NCBI GenBank assembly: GCA_964345055.1 | Contig: CAYFPW010000001.1 | Location: 1-26,786, forward strand | Length of the DNA stretch: 26,786 nt | Reading direction: 5' to 3' | From: an uncultured Steroidobacteraceae bacterium | GTDB taxonomy: Bacteria > Pseudomonadota > Gammaproteobacteria > Steroidobacterales > Steroidobacteraceae | Shown: positions 1-9,399 of the stretch, piece by piece | How the letters are laid out: every line of letters starts with the position of its first letter | How positions within the stretch are numbered: position 1 is the stretch's first letter | Position numbers and translations under genes: made by a program | Notes under the pieces: model-generated | The model's input: only the letters and a program-made list of their open reading frames with translations | What the model was told of the DNA's origin: nothing | Database searches by the model: none

Positions 1-134
1 AACAGGCAGTCATTGCCGCGCATGCGCTGGAAACGAACCCAGATGTCGGTCTGCACCGACTCGAGCACGTGGCCGAGATGCAGCGGACCGTTGGCGTAGG
101 GCAGGGCGTGGGTAACGAGGATCTTGCGTGGCAT
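1..134 (-). CDS. metG: Methionine--tRNA ligase, N-terminal fragment (runs off the window start; not in the ORF track)
   Basis: Manual reverse-strand translation from ATG at 134: [44 protein letters not shown]. It contains the class I HIGH-type motif ([12 protein letters not shown]). Divergent from apbC/mrp, as in other proteobacteria. Confidence 0.95.
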   Translation of the reverse strand, partial: MPRKILVTHALPYANGPLHLGHVLESVQTDIWVRFQRMRGNDCL

Positions 135-142
135 AAGCGGCA

Positions 143-148
143 ATTATG
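143..148 (-). promoter_or_regulatory. Putative sigma70 -10 element (CATAAT) for a leaderless metG transcript
   Basis: Minus strand reads gc-CATAAT-tgccgctt-ATG: 8 nt to the start codon, no Shine-Dalgarno. Confidence 0.5.
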
Positions 149-232
149 GCACGGGGGAACAGGCCCGCGCGCAGCCAGCAGTGTGTCGGCAGCGCGCCCT
201 CAGGCGGGTCGAGTTTGCTGGCCCGAATGAGC

Positions 233-238
233 TAGAAT
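233..238 (+). promoter_or_regulatory. Putative -10 element (TAGAAT) for apbC-dcd
   Basis: TAGAAT lies about 46 nt upstream of ATG 285. No convincing -35 at canonical spacing. Confidence 0.35.
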
Positions 239-284
239 CGCGGCTCTTTGCAGGCCGCGCCGTGCGGCATCCAGCAGGGTGAAC

Positions 285-1379
285 ATGTCAAATCTGGACG
301 CCGTCGTTCGTGCGGCCATCGGAAGTTTCGTCGAACCGGCACTGGGTCAGACACTGGATGAAGCCGGTGCAGTCCAGGCTCTCACCGTTCGCGGCCGCGA
401 GGTGGATCTGGGGCTGCAGTTCGGCTTTCCCACCGGAGGCTACGCACCGGCTCTCTCCAGTGCACTCTCGGCCCATGTGGCCGCGGAAGCGGGCGCCGAA
501 CTGACCTTCAACCTCGCGCTGGAGAGTCGTATCACTGCGCACAGTGTGCAGCGTGGTCTGACGCCACTGGCGGGGGTGCGCAATATTGTTGCGGTAGCCA
601 GCGGTAAGGGCGGTGTGGGCAAGTCCACAGTTGCCGCCAATCTGGCGCTGGGCTGGGCGGCTGCCGGCGCGCGCGTCGGCATCCTGGACGCCGACATCTA
701 TGGACCGAGTCAGCCGCTGATGCTCGGCCTGGAAGGGCAGCATCCGGGCTCGCCCGACGGTAAGCGCATCACACCGCTCCGCGCCCACGGCGTGTGCGCC
801 ATGTCGATTGGCTTTCTGGTCGATCCGGCGCAGGCCGTTGCCTGGCGCGGTCCAATGGTGACGCAGGCGCTGACCCAGCTGCTCAATGATACAGATTGGT
901 GTGAGCTGGACTACCTGGTGATTGACATGCCGCCGGGCACCGGCGACATCCAGCTGACGCTGGCGCAGCGCGTGCCCGTGGCCGGCGCCGTGATCGTAAC
1001 CACGCCCCAGGACATCGCGCTGGCGGATGCGCGCAAAGGCATTGCGATGTTCGAGAAGGTGTCGGTGCCGGTGCTGGGTATTGTCGAGAATATGAGCGTG
1101 CACATCTGCTCGAATTGCGGGCATGCCGAGCACATCTTCGGCAGTGGCGGTGGTGCGCGTCTTGCGGCCGAGCGGGGTGTGCGGGTGCTGGGCAACCTGC
1201 CTCTGGATGCCCATATCCGCGAGGAAGCTGATGGCGGTCGCCCCACGGTGATCGCCGCGCCGGCATCGCCGCGCGCTGAGGCCTATCTGCAGATGGCGCG
1301 GAATGTTGCCGGGGCGTTGGCCCTGCGCAGTCGGGATCGCAGTACACTGTTTCCGAAAATCGTCGTCGAGGCCAGTTGA
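285..1379 (+). CDS. apbC: Mrp/ApbC iron-sulfur cluster carrier ATPase
   Basis: Deviant Walker [30 protein letters not shown] and the CxxC motif CSNC. ATG 285 (after CAGGG) preferred over GTG 279. Confidence 0.95.
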   Translation: MSNLDAVVRAAIGSFVEPALGQTLDEAGAVQALTVRGREVDLGLQFGFPTGGYAPALSSALSAHVAAEAGAELTFNLALESRITAHSVQRGLTPLAGVRNIVAVASGKGGVGKSTVAANLALGWAAAGARVGILDADIYGPSQPLMLGLEGQHPGSPDGKRITPLRAHGVCAMSIGFLVDPAQAVAWRGPMVTQALTQLLNDTDWCELDYLVIDMPPGTGDIQLTLAQRVPVAGAVIVTTPQDIALADARKGIAMFEKVSVPVLGIVENMSVHICSNCGHAEHIFGSGGGARLAAERGVRVLGNLPLDAHIREEADGGRPTVIAAPASPRAEAYLQMARNVAGALALRSRDRSTLFPKIVVEAS

Positions 1380-1942
1380 TGAGCATCAAATCCGACCGCT
1401 GGATCCAGCGTGCTGCTGCGGCAGGCATGATCGAACCCTACGAGCCCGGCCAGGTGCGGGCTGTGGATGGTCGCAGGATCATCTCCTATGGCACGTCGAG
1501 CTACGGCTACGACGTTCGCTGTGCACGTGAGTTCAAGATCTTCACCAACATCAACTCGACCATCGTGGATCCAAAGGCCTTCGACGCCAAGAGCTTCGTC
1601 GATATGGAAGCGGACGTGTGCATCATTCCGCCCAATTCCTTTGCATTGGCACGAACGGTCGAGTACTTCCGCATTCCGCGCAGCATCCTGACGGTGTGCC
1701 TCGGCAAGTCCACGTATGCCCGCTGCGGCATCATCGTGAATGTCACGCCGCTCGAGCCCGAGTGGGAAGGGCATGTGACGCTGGAGTTTTCCAACACCAC
1801 TCCGCTCCCCGCCAAGATCTACGCCAATGAGGGTGTGGCGCAGATGCTGTTCTTTGAATCCGACGAGCCGTGTGCGGTGTCGTACCGGGATCGCGGCGGG
1901 AAGTATCAGGGGCAGACGGGCGTGACTCTGCCCAAGACCTGA
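1379..1942 (+). CDS. dcd: dCTP deaminase
   Basis: Motifs [43 protein letters not shown]. The ATG overlaps the apbC stop (TGATG). Confidence 0.96.
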   Translation: MSIKSDRWIQRAAAAGMIEPYEPGQVRAVDGRRIISYGTSSYGYDVRCAREFKIFTNINSTIVDPKAFDAKSFVDMEADVCIIPPNSFALARTVEYFRIPRSILTVCLGKSTYARCGIIVNVTPLEPEWEGHVTLEFSNTTPLPAKIYANEGVAQMLFFESDEPCAVSYRDRGGKYQGQTGVTLPKT

Positions 1943-1961
1943 GCGGCCAGCGCGGCAGGAG

Positions 1962-1975
1962 CCGTCCCGGGACGG
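1962..1975. repeat. Perfect 14-bp palindrome CCGTCCCGGGACGG between convergent dcd and can (possible weak bidirectional hairpin)
   Basis: Self-complementary by inspection. No U-tract on either strand, so it is not a canonical intrinsic terminator. Confidence 0.35.
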
Positions 1976-2018
1976 GCCGGGCGGCGGGATGCTTACCGGT
2001 GCGGAGCCTTTGGAGCTT

Positions 2019-2666
2019 TTAGGGAACGGCGAGCGCCGCGACGGCGCGTTCGTAGGTCTGCTCGATATCGCGATGGTTGTTGATCGTGATGTCGAGGTTG
2101 CGTATTAGTCCGTTCTCGATGCCGTACACCCAACCATGAACCGATAGTGTCTGGCCGCGTTCCCAAGCATCGGCAGCGATGCTGGTCTGACATACATTCA
2201 TGACCTGCTCGATCACGTTCAGTTCGCACAGGCGTCGGGAGGCCTGCTGTTCCGGCAGATCGCGGAGCTTCAGCATGTGCTTTTCTCGCACGTCCTGCAC
2301 ATGCCGCAGCCAGTTGTCGGACAGTCCGAGGCGCGTGCGGCGCAGGGCGGCACTGACGCCGCTGCAGCCATAGTGGCCGCAGACGATGACGTGCCGGACC
2401 TTCAGCAGATCCACGGCAAATTGCATCACTGAAAGACAGTTGAGATCCGTATGCACCACGACGTTGGCGATGTTTCGGTGTACGAACAGCTCGCCGGGCA
2501 ATAGGCCAACGATCTGGTTGGCTGGCACGCGGCTGTCAGAGCAGCCGATCCAGAGGTATTCGGGCGATTGCTGGTGGGCCAGTTTATGGAAAAAATCCGG
2601 GTCCTGGCGCAGGATGCGCGCCGCCCAGTCGCGATTGCTGTCCAGCAGGTGATCGAGTGAGCTCAT
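2019..2666 (-). CDS. can: Beta-class carbonic anhydrase
   Basis: Zn-ligand motifs WIGCSDSR and HYGC, plus FVHRNIAN and VHGWVY. Confidence 0.95.
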   Translation of the reverse strand: MSSLDHLLDSNRDWAARILRQDPDFFHKLAHQQSPEYLWIGCSDSRVPANQIVGLLPGELFVHRNIANVVVHTDLNCLSVMQFAVDLLKVRHVIVCGHYGCSGVSAALRRTRLGLSDNWLRHVQDVREKHMLKLRDLPEQQASRRLCELNVIEQVMNVCQTSIAADAWERGQTLSVHGWVYGIENGLIRNLDITINNHRDIEQTYERAVAALAVP

Positions 2667-2675
2667 CGTGGAACT

Positions 2676-2684
2676 AGATTAACA
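2676..2684 (-). promoter_or_regulatory. Putative extended -10 (TG-T-TAATCT) for can
   Basis: Minus strand reads TGTTAATCT-agttccacg-ATG: 9 nt to the start, no SD. Confidence 0.5.
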
Positions 2685-2733
2685 GCTCGCGGGTGAATAC
2701 GTAATTATCACAATGACGCCGTGCCGTCCGGGT

Positions 2734-2761
2734 GATTAGTGTGACAACCTTCACACTAATC
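2734..2761. promoter_or_regulatory. CRP/Clp-family binding site (TGTGA-N6-TCACA) inside an 11-bp perfect inverted repeat
   Basis: GATTAGTGTGA-caacct-TCACACTAATC. The core is a 10/10 match to the CRP consensus. It lies in an AT-richer intergenic region (48 GC of 104 nt by hand count). Confidence 0.7.
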
Positions 2762-2762
2762 T
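2757..2762 (+). promoter_or_regulatory. Putative -10 element (TAATCT) for the LOG-family gene
   Basis: TAATCT-attaacac-ATG: 8 nt spacer, no SD. Overlaps the right arm of the inverted repeat. Confidence 0.4.
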
Positions 2763-2770
2763 ATTAACAC

Positions 2771-3646
2771 ATGGCACAGCCACTCGATAATCGTCCCGAA
2801 GCTGCTCAGCAGCTCGAGACCATTCTGCGCAGCCCAACCTATTCTGAGGCCGATAAAGATCTCGGCTTTCTGGATAGTGCGGACACGCGTGGCGTGCGCC
2901 TGCAGCTTGACTACCTGAAAGCCGAGCTGATGCTGGCCAGCTACAACATCGAACATACCATCGTGGTGTTCGGCAGCTCCCGGATTCCTGACCCTGAAGC
3001 CGCACGACTGGCATTGCATGCGGCACAGGCCGAGGCGGCGCGCAATCCCGACAACACCGAGCTGGCGCAGCGTGCGGCCGTGGCCGCGCGAGTAGCTGCC
3101 AACAGCCGCTACTACGAGGTGGCGCGCGAACTTGGGCGCTACGTGGGTCACATGAGTGACGGTCCTGGCCGGCCACGTACGGTGGTCATGACCGGTGGCG
3201 GCCCCGGCATCATGGAGGCGGCCAATCGCGGGGCGAAGGAATCCGGTGCACCGACGGCGGGTATGAACATCCACCTGCCATCGCCGCAGTCCCCCAACCT
3301 GTACGTCACGCCGCAGCTGGCATTCCAGTTCCATTATTTTGCGATCCGAAAGCTCCACCTTCTGCTGCGCGCCCGCGCACTGGTGGCCTTCCCCGGTGGC
3401 TACGGCACTCTGGATGAACTGTTCGAGACGCTGACGCTGGTACAGACGCGCAAGATTGCGCCATTGCCTATCATTCTGGTCGGGCGCGAATACTGGACCC
3501 AGGCCGTCAATCTCCAGTTCATGTGCGCCGAGGGGATGATTTCTCCCGACGATATGTCACTGTTCAGTTACGCCGATTCCGCGCCCCAGATCTGGCAGTC
3601 CATCCTGCAGTGGCATGCGGCGCGCGGCCGGCCGCTGGTCCGATAA
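2771..3646 (+). CDS. LOG-family (TIGR00730-like) nucleotide monophosphate phosphoribohydrolase
   Basis: VVFGSSR, TGGGPGIMEAANRG and the PGGxGTxxE signature (FPGGYGTLDELFE). Confidence 0.88.
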   Translation: MAQPLDNRPEAAQQLETILRSPTYSEADKDLGFLDSADTRGVRLQLDYLKAELMLASYNIEHTIVVFGSSRIPDPEAARLALHAAQAEAARNPDNTELAQRAAVAARVAANSRYYEVARELGRYVGHMSDGPGRPRTVVMTGGGPGIMEAANRGAKESGAPTAGMNIHLPSPQSPNLYVTPQLAFQFHYFAIRKLHLLLRARALVAFPGGYGTLDELFETLTLVQTRKIAPLPIILVGREYWTQAVNLQFMCAEGMISPDDMSLFSYADSAPQIWQSILQWHAARGRPLVR

Positions 3647-3666
3647 CCCGATTCCTATATTGCGCT

Positions 3667-3686
3667 GCGCGGCAGGGCTGCCGTGC
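3667..3686 (+). terminator. GC-rich hairpin after the LOG gene (no U-tract)
   Basis: GCGCGGCA-GGGC-TGCCGTGC stem with one G-U pair, followed by a TAGAAT at 3693-3698. Confidence 0.2.
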
Positions 3687-3721
3687 GTCCATTAGAATCT
3701 CCCGCGTCCGCCGTCGCAGTG

Positions 3722-4975
3722 ATGGGCCACGTCATGGGTACACAAGCGCCGTCTCCAGACCCCACGGCTAAAACCGTGAGGCCCCTCGGTCTAATGGTCG
3801 CGATCTGCTTTCTGGTCGCCTTCCTCGAAGGCTTCGACATCCAGGTGCTGGGTATCGCATTGAGCCGGCTCACGGAGCAGTTCAGCCTGACGGGCAGCCA
3901 GCGCACGCTGCTGATGACCATCGGCAGCCTCGGCATCGTGCTGGGGGCCTTTTTCGGTGGGCGCATCGCTGATTTTCTCGGTCGCAAGCCATTGCTGCTG
4001 TCAGCCGTTGCCGGCTTTGGCCTGTGCACCCTCGGCAGCGTCGTTGCGTCAGGCTTTGGGATGTTGGCGGTCTGCCGCGCGCTGGCCGGCATTGGCTTTG
4101 GTGTCGCTTTACCGATGCTGATGGCGATCGCGGCGGATATCAGCCCGCCGCAGCGGCGGGCCAGCACGGCTGCACTCATTTTCTGCGGCATGCCCGCCGG
4201 CGGCGGGAGCGGTGGATTGCTGGTGCAGTGTCTGGGTGCCGATTTCGACTGGCGGCTGCTCTTTGCGATCGGAGGAGTGCTGCCGCTGGTGTTGTTCCCG
4301 GCGATTGCCTGGATCCTGCCGGAAACCGGGGGGCGCCGCCCGACACAGGCCCAAGCGCCACTGGCGCTGCTGCAGGCGCTCTTCGGCGGCGAGCGGCTGA
4401 GGCTGACGCTGCTGCTCTGGATGATCTTTTTGCCGACGCTGACCATCCTGTACATGATTCTTAACTGGTTGCCGACGCTGATGACCGCCAAGGGCTTTGG
4501 TGGCACCGTGCCGGCGCTGGCCACGATGCTGTTCAACTATGGCAGCGTCATCGGTGCCTGGGTGTTCGGCAGGTGGGTCGATCGTTTTGGAGTACGTGGG
4601 CCGCTGGGGTTCTCCTATGCCGCGTTGATTCTCTGCCTGCTGGCGCTGGGTGCAACCACCGGCGTGTCCGTCACGCTGTGGTTGAGCGCGCTCACCGGAT
4701 TTTTGCTGCTAGGCGCGAATTACGCCATGTATGGAGTTGCCGCCGCGCGATACCCGCCGGCGGTGCGTGGCACCGGTTCCGGCGCCTGTGTCAGCGTGGG
4801 TCGCATGGGCGCGGTGCTCGGACCCATGCTGGGCGGCATCTGGCTGGGCGGCGGTGCATCCGCCTCGCGGGTGATTGTTTATATGGCGCCGTTTGCCGCA
4901 GTTGCGCTGATGGCTGTGTATGGTCTTGGCGCTCGCGGTGGCAGGCAGACGGGTGAGTCAGACACGACGCTCTGA
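3722..4975 (+). CDS. MFS transporter, aromatic acid:H+ symporter (AAHS, MhpT/BenK-like)
   Basis: About 12 hydrophobic segments, EGFDIQ in TM1, motif A GRIADFLGRKP and a second repeat GRWVDRFG. Start uncertain (3722 or 3734; ORF track 3683). Confidence 0.8.
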   Translation: MGHVMGTQAPSPDPTAKTVRPLGLMVAICFLVAFLEGFDIQVLGIALSRLTEQFSLTGSQRTLLMTIGSLGIVLGAFFGGRIADFLGRKPLLLSAVAGFGLCTLGSVVASGFGMLAVCRALAGIGFGVALPMLMAIAADISPPQRRASTAALIFCGMPAGGGSGGLLVQCLGADFDWRLLFAIGGVLPLVLFPAIAWILPETGGRRPTQAQAPLALLQALFGGERLRLTLLLWMIFLPTLTILYMILNWLPTLMTAKGFGGTVPALATMLFNYGSVIGAWVFGRWVDRFGVRGPLGFSYAALILCLLALGATTGVSVTLWLSALTGFLLLGANYAMYGVAAARYPPAVRGTGSGACVSVGRMGAVLGPMLGGIWLGGGASASRVIVYMAPFAAVALMAVYGLGARGGRQTGESDTTL

Positions 4976-4984
4976 GCGTTTGAA

Positions 4985-5722
4985 TCAGCCCCTGCGCAGG
5001 GTGCGGATCTCCAATGTCCACTCGAGCTCTTCAAGGCGCTGCTGCTGCACGCGCACCGGCAGATAGCCGTAGTTTGGCGCACACCAGTAGCGCGTGGTGC
5101 GAGGCGATCCCGAGCGCTCGGTCACGAAGATGCGCGTCGATACATCGCCCACTGCGGTGCGCAGCATCGCCTCACCCTCGGCGCGAAAGCGGTATTCGCG
5201 CAGGCCGCGATCGCCAAAGGTGTGCAGTGTGCCGCTGTCCTGGCCGCGGGCGAGAGCGCTCATCAGGGCAATCTGCACTGAGAGGTCATCCTGCGTGTCG
5301 GGCGGCACGGTTTCATCGACCGGCTTGTCTTCCATCATGCCCTGCACGCGATTGGTGTCCCAGTTGAAGTGCAGATCGATGGCCCGATCATTCCCCGCGC
5401 CATTGCGCTGACTGAAGTTCAGGGGCTGCACGCCAGCGGCGCTGATACGCATCTCGCTGCTCTGCGCTGGGTTATCGATCGGTAGTGCGCGGAAAATACC
5501 GCGGGCCTCACCGCTGGAGCGGTACATCCAGCGATCACCGTCCATGCGAGTGAGAGTCAGTGTCGTGATGGCGGCGTTCAGGCCTTTGTAGTTTAGGCTG
5601 TAGCTGGCCTCGAAGGGCTGCAGGTCGCGGCGGTTGCTGCCGTTGCCCTCTGCAGTGTTGGCAGAACCCGTGAAGAGCGTGGCACCCAGCAACAACACAA
5701 TGCTGCGCATCAGGATGTTCAT
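4985..5722 (-). CDS. Exported DUF3108-like protein
   Basis: Signal-peptide-like N-terminus ([23 protein letters not shown]), beta-rich body, C-terminal WCAPNYGYLPVR. The ATG at 5722 overlaps the purN stop (ATGA). This position after purN is the usual one for the family. Confidence 0.7.
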   Translation of the reverse strand: MNILMRSIVLLLGATLFTGSANTAEGNGSNRRDLQPFEASYSLNYKGLNAAITTLTLTRMDGDRWMYRSSGEARGIFRALPIDNPAQSSEMRISAAGVQPLNFSQRNGAGNDRAIDLHFNWDTNRVQGMMEDKPVDETVPPDTQDDLSVQIALMSALARGQDSGTLHTFGDRGLREYRFRAEGEAMLRTAVGDVSTRIFVTERSGSPRTTRYWCAPNYGYLPVRVQQQRLEELEWTLEIRTLRRG

Positions 5723-6387
5723 GACTCGTGCTCCTCCAGCACCACAGGCTGGCGCAGCGCTGCGCCGTCGAGCCAAGGTTCGCCGTTGCGCCACTGCAGT
5801 CGACCGGTTGCGAGCCAGTCGATCACCCGCGGGTAGATGATGTGCTCACGCTGCTGCACGCGCGCCGCCAACGTATCGGCGGTATCGTCGGGGCGGACTG
5901 CGATCCGCGCCTGCAGCAGTAGCGGGCCGCCGTCGAGCTCCGCCGTCACGTAATGCACGGTCACGCCGTGTGACGCTTCGCCTGCGGCGAGCACGCGCTC
6001 GTGGGTGTGCAGGCCTTTATAGGTGGGCAGGAGGGAGGGGTGGATGTTCAGCAGTCGTCCGGCGTAGCGCGCAGTGAATTCGGCGGACAGGATGCGCATG
6101 AACCCCGCCAGCACCACCAGTTTTGCCTCGCTGGCATCGATGGCTTCGGCCAGTGCCGTCTCGAACGACGCTTTGTCAGGGAATGATTTGGCCGGAATGA
6201 CTTGAGTCGCCAGTCCAAGGGCTTGTGCCGCTGAGATGCCCGCTGCGCTGTCGCGGTCAGCGATGACCCGCAGCACCCGCGCGTTCAATTGGCCGGCCTG
6301 GCAGGCGCGGGCGATGGCCAGCATGTTGCTGCCGCGGCCTGAGATGATGACCGCCAGGCCGAGCGGGGAGCTGGGCGTGTCAGCCAA
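5719..6387 (-). CDS. purN: Phosphoribosylglycinamide formyltransferase
   Basis: [39 protein letters not shown]. Start uncertain (TTG 6387 overlapping the purM end, or 6411). Confidence 0.95.
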   Translation of the reverse strand: MADTPSSPLGLAVIISGRGSNMLAIARACQAGQLNARVLRVIADRDSAAGISAAQALGLATQVIPAKSFPDKASFETALAEAIDASEAKLVVLAGFMRILSAEFTARYAGRLLNIHPSLLPTYKGLHTHERVLAAGEASHGVTVHYVTAELDGGPLLLQARIAVRPDDTADTLAARVQQREHIIYPRVIDWLATGRLQWRNGEPWLDGAALRQPVVLEEHES

Positions 6388-7411
6388 AGAGGACGTTGCC
6401 TTGCCCACCACGGACGTCGCCGATCAGCTGGGCCTCTTCGCCGTGCTGGCGCAGTAGGGCAACAGCCGCGTCGGCCTGCTCGGCAGCGACGATCACCACC
6501 ATGCCGATACCGCAGTTGAATGTGCGGTGCATTTCCTCAGCGCTGATGTTGCCGGTGCGCGCCAGCCAGTCGAACACCACATTGCGCTGCCATGCGGCCG
6601 GGTCGAGTCGCACGTCGAGGTCATGGCGCAGCACCCGCGGAATGTTGTCGGTCAGGCCGCCGCCCGTGATGTGGGCCAGGCCATGGACGGGCAGGGTGGC
6701 TGCCAGAGCCAGCAGCGGCTTGACGTAGATGCGCGTCGGGGCCAGCAGCCGGCGGTACAGCGACTGGCCATCCAGTTGCGTCTCGATGCTGGCGCCGGAG
6801 ACGGCCAGCAGTTTGCGGATCAGGGAATAGCCGTTTGAGTGCGGCCCGGAAGAGGAGAGGCCGATGACCGCATCACCCGGCTTTACCTTCGAGCCGTCGA
6901 TGATGCCGTCACGCTCCACCAAGCCGACGCAGAAGCCGGCGAGATCGTAGTCGCCTTCCTGATACATGCCCGGCATCTCGGCCGTCTCGCCGCCAACCAG
7001 CGCCGCGCCGGCCTGCATGCAGCCCTCGGCGATGCCAGCCACCACGCGCGCGGCCACGTCCACCTGCAGCTTGCCGGTGGCGTAGTAGTCGAGGAAGAAC
7101 AGCGGCTCGGCGCCCTGCACGACGACGTCGTTGACGCACATCGCCACCAGGTCGATGCCGATAGTGTCGTGCATGCCGGTTTCGATGGCCAGCCGCAACT
7201 TGGTGCCCACGCCATCGGTACCCGACACCATGACCGGGCGGCGATAGCGATGCAGTGGCAACTCGACCAGTGCGCCGAAGCCGCCGATGCCGGCGAGCAC
7301 TTCGGGCCGCATCGTGCGCTTGACCAGCGGCTTGATGCGTTCGACAAGTTCGTCTCCGGCATCGATATCGACGCCGGCGTCGCGATAGGTGTAGCTGCGT
7401 TGGTCGCTCAT
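6380..7411 (-). CDS. purM: Phosphoribosylformylglycinamidine cyclo-ligase (AIR synthetase)
   Basis: [46 protein letters not shown]. Confidence 0.97.
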   Translation of the reverse strand: MSDQRSYTYRDAGVDIDAGDELVERIKPLVKRTMRPEVLAGIGGFGALVELPLHRYRRPVMVSGTDGVGTKLRLAIETGMHDTIGIDLVAMCVNDVVVQGAEPLFFLDYYATGKLQVDVAARVVAGIAEGCMQAGAALVGGETAEMPGMYQEGDYDLAGFCVGLVERDGIIDGSKVKPGDAVIGLSSSGPHSNGYSLIRKLLAVSGASIETQLDGQSLYRRLLAPTRIYVKPLLALAATLPVHGLAHITGGGLTDNIPRVLRHDLDVRLDPAAWQRNVVFDWLARTGNISAEEMHRTFNCGIGMVVIVAAEQADAAVALLRQHGEEAQLIGDVRGGQGNVLFG

Positions 7412-7422
7412 GATGAGCGCGG

Positions 7423-7429
7423 TATAGTA
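7423..7429. promoter_or_regulatory. Overlapping divergent -10 elements (TATAGT on +, TACTAT on -)
   Basis: Only 26 bp separate the two divergent ATGs. The + hexamer 7423-7428 is 9 nt before ATG 7438. The - hexamer 7429-7424 is 12 nt before ATG 7411. Confidence 0.55.
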
Positions 7430-7437
7430 GCGAAACC

Positions 7438-7992
7438 ATGCGGCACCTGCCCAACATCATCTGCCTGCTGCGTATTGCGCTGGTGTGGCCGCTGGTCGCC
7501 AGCCTCCGGGCGGGGGATTTTGGCACCACCCTGTGGGTGTTCGCGCTGGCAGCGGTCAGCGATGGTTTGGACGGCTATCTGGCCAAGCGTTTCGGGTGGA
7601 TTAGTCGTCTGGGCCGGATCCTTGATCCGCTGGCCGACAAGCTGCTGCTGGTGTCGCTGTTCCTTCTGGCCACTTGGCTGGGCCTGATTCCCCAGTGGCT
7701 AACCTTCATGGCGGTGGCTCGCGACGTGATGATTGGCAGCGGCGCACTGGTCTTTCGTGTGGTCTTCGGACCCTTGCATGGCCGGCCGAAGTGGATCAGC
7801 AAACTGAACACGCTGATGCAACTGGCCTATCTGATGGGCGTGATACTCCATCAGGTCAGCGCATTTCCGCCGCACTGGCTCTTGCAGGGGCTGTTGTGGC
7901 TGACCGCGGCCACCATTCTCGCCAGCGGCTATGCCTACCTGAGCGAGTTTACGGCGCGGGCGGCGCTCGCTCGGCCAGCGGCGGTCCGTTAG
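7438..7992 (+). CDS. CDP-alcohol phosphatidyltransferase family protein (PgsA / CMP-forming cardiolipin synthase-like)
   Basis: HLPNII start and the family motif [28 protein letters not shown]. Hydrophobic. Confidence 0.85.
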   Translation: MRHLPNIICLLRIALVWPLVASLRAGDFGTTLWVFALAAVSDGLDGYLAKRFGWISRLGRILDPLADKLLLVSLFLLATWLGLIPQWLTFMAVARDVMIGSGALVFRVVFGPLHGRPKWISKLNTLMQLAYLMGVILHQVSAFPPHWLLQGLLWLTAATILASGYAYLSEFTARAALARPAAVR

Positions 7993-8703
7993 ATGCGCCA
8001 GTTACCGCTGGGTGTGCGGCTGCGCGAGCGCGCCAGCTTCGAGAGCTTCCATCCTGCCGGCCATGGCGTTGCTGTCGATGTGCTGCAAGAGCTGGCCGCC
8101 CACCGGCGTCGCGGCGTTTTCTGGTTGGCTGGCGCCGCGGGCAGCGGAAAGTCACATCTGTTGCAGGCTGTCTGTGTGGCGGCGGCGCGTGAGCGTCGTG
8201 CCGCTTATCTGCCGCTGCGGGAATTGCAGGCCGGTGGCCCGGAGGTGCTCGGTGGCTGGCACGATACGCAGTCCATGTGCATCGATGATGTCGATGTGGT
8301 GCTGGGCCAGCGCTCCTGGGAGGTGGCTTTGTTCAACCTACATCGCGAGCTGGAGGAACGTGGCGCCAGTCTGGTGATGTCCGCCAGTGCGCCGCCCCGT
8401 GGACTGAACTTTGCCTTGCCGGACTTCGCATCGCGCTCCGCTCACGCGCTGCTGCTGACGCTCGGGCCACTCAGCGAGGAAGAGCAGCGGGTCGCGCTGC
8501 AGCGACACGCCTCGCTACGTGGTCTGGAACTTCCGGATGAAACGGCGAATTATCTGTTGCGCCGTGTACCGCGCGACATGGAGAGACTGGTCGCGCTACT
8601 CGACGAACTCGACCTGGCGGCGTTGCAGGCCCAGCGACGACTGACCGTGCCGTTCGTACGCGAAGTGCTGGGCCCTGAGCGGGCCGGATCAGCTGCCCGC
8701 TGA
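7993..8703 (+). CDS. hda: DnaA regulatory inactivator Hda
   Basis: N-terminal beta-clamp-binding motif QLPL, Walker A GAAGSGKSHLL, Walker B IDDVD, C-terminal LDELD...RRLTVPFVREVL. Confidence 0.92.
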   Translation: MRQLPLGVRLRERASFESFHPAGHGVAVDVLQELAAHRRRGVFWLAGAAGSGKSHLLQAVCVAAARERRAAYLPLRELQAGGPEVLGGWHDTQSMCIDDVDVVLGQRSWEVALFNLHRELEERGASLVMSASAPPRGLNFALPDFASRSAHALLLTLGPLSEEEQRVALQRHASLRGLELPDETANYLLRRVPRDMERLVALLDELDLAALQAQRRLTVPFVREVLGPERAGSAAR

Positions 8704-8766
8704 GGCGTTCCGTGTGCGCGCAAGTTCTGCGTCGACACTGTCCAGCCACTCATAGCGACGCTCGTA

Positions 8767-9399
<633 letters not shown>

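Noticed and set aside
288-1214. 308-aa antisense ORF over apbC, and similar shadow ORFs (6839-7687, 16845-17828, 18471-19454, 22098-22859, 23313-24305)
   Set aside because: All fully overlap well-supported genes and have no domain motifs or start signals. They are expected artefacts of GC-rich codon usage.
8704-8766. Possible small gene or DUF2069 remnant downstream of wrbA (ATG at 8753 on the minus strand)
   Set aside because: The translation has no membrane-protein character and runs antisense into hda.
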